From Amoebophrya sp. A120 (taxonomy: Eukaryota > Protista > Dinoflagellata), in assembly GCA_905178155.1 (NCBI GenBank), contig CAJINV010000007.1, forward strand, positions 1,248,627 to 1,312,626: a DNA stretch of 64,000 bases. The letters are read 5' to 3'. The translations under genes were made by a program, and so were the position numbers. Position 1 is the first letter of the stretch, and each line of letters starts with the position of its first letter. Of the stretch, positions 51,711-63,000 are shown piece after piece. The notes below the pieces were generated by a model that was given only the letters and a program-made list of their open reading frames with translations, was not told where the DNA came from and did not search any database.

Positions 51711-52938
51711 ATGACCATTGTGGACCACAGCTTTATTAGCAGCAGAGCTGTAGCAGCCTCTAAGGTGAGGACGTTGGCTGGAGGCAGCTCTACGGTGCAA
51801 GAAACTAGAGCAAGCTCCTCTGCTGCTGATCGTGGAAATAAGAGGACCAACTACCACCTGTTTCCTGCCTCTTCCAATCGCGTTACCGAATGGTCTGGCG
51901 GCACTACCACAGAACTGTTCGTGACGGGTGGATCCTTTGCCGCGAGAAACTTCGCGCTGCGGCTCTCGCGCGCGCGCATAGCCGTGGAAGAAAGCACGTT
52001 CACGGGTCTACCCGGGTTCCTGCGTCACTTGACCCTGTTGTGGTCATCTTCTGCAGTACAACCGAGAGCGGATGAGATTGCGGGACGTCGCCCCGGCGCA
52101 ACCTCGTCTTTTCAGATGCGAATTCGTGGGAGGCACGGGGACGCGTTCTTCGGACTGGAACCGTGGGAAAGCGTGGAATTTTCCGGAGCGGACGTGGTAG
52201 CCAGCCGGGGCCTGGCGGAAGACTTCAACGTCATCTACGATCCGGGGCGGCTCGCTGGCGGACGGGTGCGGGTGGACGTTCTGGAGCTCCTGAACGAGGG
52301 GGAGAAAATAGAGCTCCCGTTGGACGACGACCGTCTAAGCAACCTCCACTCGCAGGCGTTTATCTACTTTCCAGGTGGAGTGGTTCGTCCTCCTGCCGGT
52401 TCGGACGAAAGTTGCGCAGCAGCAGCATCGGCGTCGAGGGCTAGTTGTAGTTCATCTGCGAGGACGTATCAAATGACAAAATGTGTGGGGCTGGAACAGT
52501 CATGCTGTTTTTGCATGACACTGAAGGTCTGGCATGGAAGCTCTAGCATCACAGGTTTCGAGAAGCTTCCGCAATGCCGAATCCGCATGACAAGTCCCCT
52601 GTTTTGCTGACAGAAAGTGGGCAGCTTTTGCTACGTATGCATGAGAGACTTTTCTGTGTTCTGCAATACGCATTACAAGTTGCATTCTTCCAGACCCAGA
52701 CATTTTTGCATTTGATAGGACGTCCAAAGTAGGGGCTGCAACTACTACTGTAGCGGTGGCCTGTAAAAGTGCCGGTGTGCTGGCTGACGCCGTGTTGCAC
52801 CCCGGCGACTCTGTGTTGGTGGATCGTGGGGCGGAAGCTGTGACACTGCAGCTTCGCTCGCAAAACGGAGCGGACCTCCCTGTACGATTGCTTCAGGTTT
52901 CATTTTCAGTGCTCCCGGGCACTGGCAGTAAGATGTGA
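51711..52938 (+). CDS. hutD: HutD/Ves-family cupin protein, 2 exons
   Basis: WSGGTTTELF...RNFALRLSRARIAVEESTFTGLPGFLRHLTLL...FSGADVVASRGLAEDFNVI is the HutD signature; frame restored across element 52467-52717 +5 nt. Confidence 0.85.
52467..52717. mobile_element. Introner, family A
   Basis: tatcaaatgacaaaatgtgtggggctggaa...ttccagacccagacatttttgcatttgata; DR ggacg/ggacg. Confidence 0.92.
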
Positions 52939-54033
52939 AGCATTGGCACGACGACCTGGGTGGAAAGGATGAAAAACCGAAAGCAGTCGGTCCTGCAACT
53001 AGACTACTGCGCTGGCGCGTGTAACTGTTCAATAGCCCCCAGGTCGTATTCATAAAGAAGCATTTTTGATCCGACCACCGTGCTGCGTGTTGCGTTTTTC
53101 TCTCCGCTGGAGAGAAAACAATTGAATTGCCGGGATCTTCTTCACGACCGTGTTACTGCTTCGTTGTGGTTCTACTTGTGGCGTACTTTTGTCGTTTTTG
53201 TTTGTTTATTCCCAACGGTTTGTTGCCGTGCAAAGGGAGACGGCAGCGGCCAAGTCCGTCTTGGTACTTGGCACAGGGCGCAGTGGTTAGCGCACCTGCA
53301 TAAGAGCAAGACTGGCGTGGAGGATGTGTGGAGCAGTGCGAGTGTAACAAACTTACAGGCGAGCTGCATGCTAGTACTGTGATCAGATCATGATCTTTAT
53401 CTTCCGTTAAGGTCGATGACTGACTGTTGTAACGACTTTCTTTCCTCAATATGTAAGAAGTACTCTCACTTTTCTACCGAGAAGGGTCAGCGGCTCCTGC
53501 GTGATACTTCGCTTCTAGGAAATAACCTGAGGCGAAAATTAAGAATTGATAGGGAATATTATAGCGAGGTACTAGAAAGGCACTATTCTACTTGGCAGCT
53601 ATTGAAATACGGAGTATGGCGGTGTTGGAAGCTTCCGATCGAAGAAAATTAAGCATGTGAAGATGAAATAATTTTCGGAGAAAAACAAAAACCAACCCTT
53701 TGCGATTTGACTGCAGCAGCCCGCACGGATTTCGTCATCTCTTCTACCGACCTACGCACGGACATCCTTCGTGAACGTGATAGGAGATCTATTTGGTGAC
53801 GAAAAAACAGAAAGAAGCTTGAGGAACAACATCTCGAACGTAAGGTCGCTGACACCAGTTTCTTCCTTCTATCTTGCTGCCGCGTGTCAAAAATTCATTG
53901 TCCAAGAAGTCCTCTTTATCACAATCGCGGCTTTATTCCGGGGCCGTCGCCTATTTGTTCTTCCGTGGTCCTTCCGAGACAAGCGTTTTCTTTACTCTAC
54001 AAGAACGAGTTGGGTCTTGTTAACAGGAACAAT

Positions 54034-57000
54034 ATGGTGATCGAGTTGGGTCTTGCTGACAGCGCCCACGCCATCGATGATGCGAACATCCAGTTGCTCG
54101 GCGCATACAAGTACTTATCGCAACTGCTGCACAGCACGACCGATGCAGGAGCTGCGTCACTCTCGACCAGTAGTAGCACTACAACTTCAAGTATTCTCCA
54201 CGCAGGTGCCGGAGCAGTAGGAGAGCAAGCAGCTTCACAGCAGCACTTTCCGACCACTACCGCGCCTTCCGACATTGTGAAAGTGGGCGCCACCCTGCCG
54301 GCGTACACGAGCAACTTGGAAAAACATGGCGACTACCTGTCTGCTTTGGTGAAAACCCGCCACGCTTTATCCAAAGATGAAAACGCAGTTTGTGTAGCTG
54401 TCTTGGAATGCTGACCACCCGCACAGCCTGTCATGGTGCACAGGTAGTACCTACTCGAATTGAGTATTACGACAGCTATGAAATGGGCCACCGCTTACGA
54501 TTAGCTGGGCCACCACTTACTCGAATTGAGTATTACGACAGCTTACGATTACGACAACTGCAACTACGTGGTGTGCCACCAGCGTGTTTAAGTACAAGAG
54601 TAAGTGTAAGAACTATTTTGCAGCATGCGGTGCGTTTTTCTAGACTTACGCTACCACTGGTTTTATGCTCTTGCATACGCTTTAGATCACGCGGCGGAGG
54701 TTTTGCAACAGGTGAAACATGTGAACCCGGAGAGTCTCGCTGCCGCAAAACTGCAGCTGCGGGACGTGCTGGCTCCGCCGGGAGGAGTAGCAGGAGGACC
54801 CGGTGGTCCTGGACCCGGAGAAGGCACCGGCGCGACAGGTGTGCTCGCTACCAGTGGCGACGCGAGCCCGTCACTCTTGCCGACGGTGGACAAGTACGAA
54901 CTCATTGCGCAGCCAGACTATCGAATGCAAATGTGTAGTCTGGGTCTGGAACAAGGCAGAAGTTATTTGTGATGCAGGCTCTGCATGGTCCAGAAGGTCC
55001 GGAATATTACGGGGCCTAGCATGACAGACTCTGCGAGGCCTTTCCAATGCCTATCTCGCATGAGAAACTTGTTGACAAAAAATCGGCAACGATGTATAGG
55101 GGTATTGGCAGAGGCTAAATCTGTTCTAACGCCACGGTATTGGCAGAGGCTAAATCTGTTCTAACGCCGCCCTGACAGGAGTCAAAGGTCAAAGCGATAC
55201 GATGCGAAAAAATCGGCAACTTCAGCGATTCCTATGCAGCGCAGATTTTTGTGGGACGCACAGGACGCCTGAGAATTTTGCATCTTTATTCCAGACGACC
55301 CAGACGTATTTGCAATGCATACGGGTGCGGAGCTTGCGCAGCTGCAGGGGCAGACCGATCTGAGTCAGGACGCGTTGCACGTCTCGGTCGATGACCGCAC
55401 CGGATCGCTGGTTGCCACTGCGGGCGGAGTGGGGTCGTCGTTCTCTCCCGTTCCGGATGTCAGTAGCGGGAACATCGAAGGGATTGCGTACACGGGCTCG
55501 TCGGACTATGAGGTTCTTAACGACGGCACGAGCGTCCCAGTCGCGACAAGCACTCGTTTGTTATCCGCAGCGAGCGTATGCCTTGCAAATAAGTATGTCT
55601 GGGTCTGGAGAAATGCCAGGCTTGTCATGCATATTTTCCATGACCCATGATGTCTATGATGCATGCCCTAGCATCACAGATATTGCGAGGGCTTTCTGAT
55701 GCTCATACCGCTTGAGAAATGCCCTGCCCACGTAGGAAACACTAAGCCCCTTTTGGTTTTCATGCAAAACAGATTTTATGTAGGATCCAAAGGCACCATC
55801 ACAAGTTGCACCAGACAGATTTGCACTGGATAGAGCGCTCTCGCGAACGACAAGACTTCCCTGGTGGAGATCAATCCGGAAAATCAGACGCTTTCCTTTC
55901 TGACTGACCGGGTGCCGAACTTGTTTCAAAATCACGAGTGGCACTTGCGTCAGCCCGATGGGTACCTGGTCAACGAAGAGGGCAGTCATTTAGTTTTCCG
56001 TTCGACGCCGCCGCGGGAAATCCCGGTTTTGGAGACGTTCGGAGGTACTTTCAGTCTTTATCGATTTCTATACACGTGCCGCAGCTGCTCGTCCGGGCTA
56101 CATCATCTTACAGTATGTCATCTTTTCTTGATGTTCCTTCACCCGTTTTTTTTTTAGCATCAGTTACCTCCTCTGTAGATTTTGAAATGGCGATAAGTCT
56201 TATATATGAGCAGGAGGCGAAGGCGTTATGTCACGCAAGTTTTCTCTTGACTTGAGTCGTCCACCTCGTGCAACATGCATCAGCACACCAGAAAGACGTT
56301 TTACAGATCTGATCTACTTCTATCAGGGGCGCCCTCCATGCCGCAGCATGGGCTGGAGAACCTGGAAGTATTTCAACCCGTGACTGCCAACCCGGAGGGC
56401 GATATCGTATTCAAAAACGTCCCCACACCCAGCCCATAGTTGTAATGCAAACCTGCATGCTCTTGAAAATGTTTCTCATGCGGAGCCCCATGAGATTAGT
56501 CGTGTTTTGGAATTTGTCATGCTCAGCATGATGTACTAGATCAGATCTGTGATGCTGCTCAACTACCTCAAACAGCACTACGCTACGAGTCCAGCTTTGT
56601 GTTGCAAAACAGCCACAGCTTGTGGATTTGTCTAGCCGATTCTCCATCTTGACTGTGGTGTGGGGACGTTTTTACATAGGATAGACGACCAGGTTTCCCC
56701 TTTCAAAATGCTCCCAGAAGACTTGCAGAAGTTCTACGCGGAGTACTATCATGACGACTACTACATTACCGGCAAAGCCTATGCAAGAAAAAAACTGTGT
56801 AAGTGTAAATTTGTGTTGCGGACGATGCAAGACAATTACCCCTGTCATGCCGGACATGCATCACAGGCTTTTTCCGTAGCTGTTTTCTGGCACTGGCTTA
56901 CGCATGACAGGTTTATTTCTGTGTCATGCAGAGCAAACTTGTGATGCTATTCCAATTCCTCCAAGATAAAAGTTACACTAACACAGTTTTTTTCTTGGAT

Positions 57001-60000
57001 AAAGCCCCCGACGCCAGCACGGTGCGCGGTCTGCAAGAGGGTCTGGACCGCGCTGTGCCCTTCATGGACCGGTTGCGAACCGGGCAGGAGGTGGAGATTA
57101 ATGTCTCCGACGAAGGGGTTGTGTCCGCCGACTTGCGAGGAAGCGGCTTACCGGAGGGACGGAACCTGCTGGCTTTGGAAAGCGATGAAAATACAATTGG
57201 CGGAATAAATGACCATTACGGTAGCTCGACATCTCTTCACGGAAATCCTGCATCAAGTGGGTCTACTTTCGGAAAGATGGATTTCGCATCTGCAGCGCTA
57301 GACAAGAATAGTACGGTCGCCGCGGATGCTGGTGCAACTGCAGCCTCCAAGGACCAACTGCATTCGACTAGTCAGATCAACCAAAGTGCGGCCGCATCGA
57401 AGAGCGGTGCTCCATCGGCCGCGACTTCTTTTTGGAAGAAGCTAACCGGCGGTGGGGGATCAACCTCCTCATCTTCTAGCGCGGCTGTGCCTGCTGCAAA
57501 TGGTAGTACTAAAACCTCCGCGGGGGCGCCAGCTGGCACGTCAACATTTTCTCAAGTAGAGGATCATAGTACAACAACTGCGAAGATGAACAATATTAAA
57601 GCGAAGAGCAGCCTCTTCATGGAAATCAAAAGAGAACAAGTGAAAAATCTCGAGGATGTTGACAACGTCAACAGCCTAAATTCCTCTCCCCCGCCGCACA
57701 AGCCCAACATCAGCACCCCGGACCAGCACGTGGGGCCCAACGAGAAGAAGATTGTAGTGGTGCAGCAAGGCATGGTGCCCGAGAAGTGGTCGGGGGCGGT
57801 GAGCGGCTGGCTGCATCAGCACGGAATTTCTCTAGGAGCGGCAGACAACAGCGCAGCTGTACCGGCGTCGAGTTACGATTTCGATCTTACGACCTCTGCA
57901 GGAGCAGGCGCCGGAGCACCTTCATCTCCGCCGGGAGATCATGTTCTTGAGGGTCTTGTTTCCTCTTCTTCGCCTGGATTAGGAGTGCAAAAAGCTGATG
58001 GACTTCTTGCAGCGGAGCATCAGGCTGACAGCGCAGTAGGAATAAATTCCAGTAATTCTTCTAGCGGTGTCGGGATGTTGATGCATGCGGGAGGGAATGA
58101 CGTTGTCATGCCAGCTGTGAGTACTTCTACACCCGCCGGCGGAGAGAATTTTCATGAACACGCTGCTGCACCAGAACCAGGTCCTCCGACGGCCGTGGAG
58201 CAAATGCAGCCTAACGCAGCGGGAGTTGCGCCATTTTCACGACCTGACGACGTTGCCGCGTCATCATCCGTGCAGCCTGCAGAGGAAATAGGCGGTGGCA
58301 GCGGTGCGGAATTAGTGTCTTCAAGTAGTGTAACTACTAGTGCAGCACATAAGTCTGGGACGACGACGAGCAGCTTCTCATCGTCTTCTTCGACGAGTTT
58401 TTACTCCCCCTTGACCACCAGCTTGGAGGACGAGAGCAAAACCGTGATGCGGAATTCCGAAGCCACGTTGGCGGGCATTCTGCAAAAATCCGGAAATGCC
58501 TACGCGTCGGCGGGGAGTGCGTTTGGCGGGCAGCAGGATCATCTTCAACACGCGATGCCAACACCAGGAGGAGGAGAACTACCCAGTCCTGCTGCTGGTC
58601 TTTTTAACAGCACAACTGGAGCAGGAGGTTCTTCTCATCAAGAGGCTGGGCAACTGCAAGAACAGGTGTCATCAACATTATCTGGCACGACTGCGATGTT
58701 GAAGGGAACTGCCCCCAGCGGTGGACCACCGGAACATAGCGAGGCTCTTGCAGCGTCCGAGATTGTCGGGAACATTAAAGAAGGTGGAGACCAGCAGCAG
58801 CAGGCCTCGCCAGGGGAAATCGAGACTTCATCCAATCCGATCATTGACAACGCGAAGCTCATGGACCTGCTCCGCCAGGGGGATGCGGTATTCACGGCAA
58901 ATATGTCATCTGTGTCGGAAAGATTGTGAGATTTGGCATGCTGGTCTGGCATGACGCTGCGCTCTGCATTGCCTGTCATGCACAAACGATGTGTTTCATC
59001 CTCATGTGGAAAAATACGGCGCAATTCAGAGCGACTCAAAAACCTGTCATGCTTGGCAGCGCATTAAGTACAGAATGCTCATTATTCCCTGACTTGCAAA
59101 TCACAGGCTTATTCCAGACCCAGATCGAAGATATTTGCATTTCATATGCGGATTACCAGAACGATCTGAAAAGTGGCGCCCTGCTCCGGCAGGACATTGA
59201 CTTGGAGCAGAACGACATCTTGCAGGCGTTCGCTTTGACCAACGCCGGCGATGATGCCCAGGCGAACGCGGATCTGGTCCGGGCCTATCTTTCGGAGCCG
59301 AAAATCGGCGAGAACGGGCTGCCGGCGAACGACGGACTGACGGAAAAAAGCGGACACTTACTGGACCAGGGATCCAGCATATCCAAGAAAAAAATTGTGT
59401 AAGTGTAACTCTGTGTTGCAGAAAATGCAAAACTGTTACACTTGTCATGCTGGACATGCATCAGAGGCAATTTTCGTGCGTGTTTTCACGTACTACGCAC
59501 GCATGACAGGTTTTCTGTGTCATGCAGAGCAAACTTGTGATGCTATTCCTCCAAGAAACTTACACTTACACAGTTTTTTTCCTGGATACAGCACGTATTG
59601 ATGTTTTCAAATATTTACATGTGAGGACATGATGTAAATCTAAAAAAATGCCGCGACCGTGCGTGCCTCCTTCTTTCGACTACATCGATCACAAAATTCG
59701 GGTTTGCTTGTTTTATGCTACTTTTGCGTCTTCACGACAAATGTTAAAATCTATCAGGTTCGCCGTGCGCGCGTTTGAGCCGCCGGTGAGCACCGTGGTC
59801 GACTACGCTTCGATTGCGGGAGCAAAGCTGGCAGCTGCGGGGACAACCACTACTACTGCAACTACTTCGGGAGCAGGCGGAATTCACTCCACTGCGCCTG
59901 CTAGTGCAGGAGCAGCCCCATTACATACGGCCACAACCGGCGGCTCCGCTTCTGCGTCGGCCAGCTCGCCGCTTCCTCCGCAAACGCACCACGACCCCAA

Positions 60001-63000
60001 CCAGTACTGGGCCACAGAGAAGAACCACGGGGGGCACGTGGGCTTTCTGCTGTCCGACCGCCAGGAGGGGGTTCCCTTGGAGAGGATCCAGATCGACTTT
60101 GGCCCATATGTTTTCGGGAAGCAGATCCACATCTTGGGGAAGCTAACCGTGGAAGAGGGGTGGCGGGAGTTATTCTCTACCGACCAGCTGAACCGGCAGC
60201 GGCTGGTTCTGGATCACATCGTATCAAATGTAAAGATGTCTGGGTCTGGAAGGTTACAAGGTTTGTCATGCATATTTTGCATGAGTCAGGATGTCTGTAA
60301 TGCATGATCTAGCATCACATATTTTTAGAGGCCTTCCTGATGCCTATCCCGCATGACAAATGCCCTCCCCGCGTAGCACAAACTGGGCTCCTCTTGCTGG
60401 CCATGCAATACAGATTTTTTTAGCATCCAAAGTTAGCATCACAACCTTCCAGACCCAGACATTTTTACATTTGATACATCGACGAAAACGTCAACTCGGT
60501 CGCGGTGGCTTCGGTATAACGTGCTCAGGTGTTACAATCTCAAACGTTACAATAGAATCTGGAATTTGTGTTGCAAGAAGTGCATTATCTATCCAACTCT
60601 CATAGGATTGCGCATGACAAGTTCTGGAGTCCCAATCCGCATTACAATCTGCCGAAATTTGTATTGCAGAAAGTGGAATGCTGTCGGAGTCTGTCATGCT
60701 CACTATGAAATACAAAACCCAGATTCTATTGTAACGTTTGAGATTGTAACGTTTGAGCGGGTCATATTCGGACCTGCCGTTTTCGCTACGGGAGATCCAC
60801 TTTTTCGCCAATGCCGGGGTGCAGCCGGAGGTCGTCCCCAGGTCGATCGAGGACGACGTACTGATAAAGAAATGCCTTGTTGGTCATCTTCTTTTGCACG
60901 ACATGAGCAAGAATTAGTATGCTTTTTCGTGCATCAGTTTATTATTATGCAATAAAATTTTGTCCAAAAATGAAATCCTCAGACCCTCCTGCACACGGGC
61001 GTGAACGACCTTGCGGGGTTGAAGTATTACCCGGTATTCCACCTCGAAAAGGTGCCGGAACTTTCTCAAGACTACGCGTTATCGGAGCAGGTTCTTGCTT
61101 TCTGTTTCTTCGATGTTGGTTTCTTATGTGCGGTTGCATTTGCAATGCCGAGCGAGGCCTACGTATTTTATTACGTGTACTTACGCAGTTGGCCCGATAG
61201 TATTGGCACTGTACGTGTAGGCGCAATAAACGCGATATCAATATGCATGGTAAAAAAGAAGTACTTTAGCAATCTTCATAAACCACCTCGAGGTTGACAA
61301 GCTAAACGCCTCTTACGACCACGTGGCTGGTGTAATCAAGCAGCTCGAGCAGCTTGCCCGGACGGAACAAGACCAGCAGATGAGCGCGAAGTTGGACGAG
61401 TTGGGGAATTACCGCCCGGTTCCCGTCCCCGAGGAGGTGAAGGGCTTGGTGTCTCCGGCGTCCGAGCCGGTGCCCGCGGTAGCTTCCACCATGGGACTAA
61501 TCCATGGACATCGAAGCAACACACTCGAGGACAGGTAATGAAGTACATAGGTACAACTATCCAGTGCTTTGAGCGTCGTGCCATACGTCATTGTCATCGT
61601 GTCGGTCCTCCTCTGCTTCCCCGTCGGTTTATTTTGGCAAAGTTTCTTGACTTTGCCCTGCGCTCGACCGTTCCGAGCATAATTCTGTGTTGATTGATGA
61701 TCAACATGCTTATCCGGAGGTTCAACATCGCAATATAACTACAGGCTGAACGTGAGCGATCTCATGCGGCAGTACCAGGATAATTCTGCGTACATGAGCT
61801 CTGGCGCTGCGCAGCCATCGTCCTCGTCGTCGACCAGCCCATCGGGCATGACGAGCCACACGAAGCATGTGGACGTGCGCACTATTCCCGTAAATTTAAG
61901 CACTATCCCGGCCACCTTCGCGGCAGCTCCTGCGCTGGTTGCAGCTATGGCGGGAACTACTTCTTCGTCTTCCGCCTCCAAAACGAAATCAAAAACGAAT
62001 TTTTTTTCCCCTGAAAAGTCGCAGACAACCTACGCTGCGAGGGGAGTAGACCACGTTGAGCATCGATCGGACCGGGGGGAACTGCAGGAAAGGCAAACAG
62101 AGAAACAAGAAGCCGAAACGATGGGACGTGATGAAAGTAGTAGCAAACGACCGGGTCGCTCCGTGATGTCCGGTCGCGGAGATGAAATTCATCAGCAGGA
62201 AGAAGACCTCGCTGCCCCTTCTAGTAGCGCTACTTCCAGCACGAACCGGGGTGGCCAGGGGGAAGCACCAGCATGCAGCTGCACAGGAAGTAGCACGAGT
62301 GCGACTAGTAATGCTCTTGGCGAAACAAGAACTCGTGGCATGGGCATCAACAAGCAGACGGAAGCGGTAGATGGTACTACCGAAAACAACCCCCTGGAGG
62401 ACGAGATGATCCTGAACAATCATGAGAACAACATCAATAAAAGCCCGTCGACGACCAGCAGCCTCGCGACAACCGAGCACAGCAGCGCCCGGAACTTCGG
62501 CAGTAGCAGTCAAAGCAACCTGATGCCAGGAGCCGGGTACAGCAACCGCTCGTCTCCAACCGGCTCCACCGCGCACGACTGCGTGAGCACGGCAGCACTG
62601 CACCTCAGCAGCGGCTTGGAATCGTCGCCAACAGAATTGCTGATGTCTACTTCGACGCCTAGTTCATCTAGAGGAGGTACAGGGATCAACATTATGGGGG
62701 CGTCGACCACAAGCAATGAGAATGAAGAGGAAAATGAAATAAAAACGGCGCTAGGAGAAACAAGAAATACCCGTCCTGATCCTGAAGATCATGCTTCTTG
62801 TAATCAAGAAGAACAGCAACAGCAACAGAAGCAGAATCATCTTGTTCGCAACGGAACGAGTTCTCGTGGTAGTTTTCGTACAACAGAAGAAAAAGTCCTC
62901 GAGCTGCCATCCAATGCAACATCACCACACGACGATGTCGACTCCCTGGTGGATCACGAGACCCGGCCGCTAAGCGGCGCACCTAGACGACGAGGAGGAC

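Noticed and set aside
196-60766. CRISPR-like array of recurring ~30-bp repeats
   Set aside because: The repeats are dispersed inverted pairs around 150-300 bp interiors inside eukaryotic genes; there is no regular spacer array and no cas gene.
2588-60771. Positional bias of mismatches within the 5-nt DRs as a clue to the cut site
   Set aside because: A manual tally shows mismatches at all five positions, with no clear pattern in this small sample.
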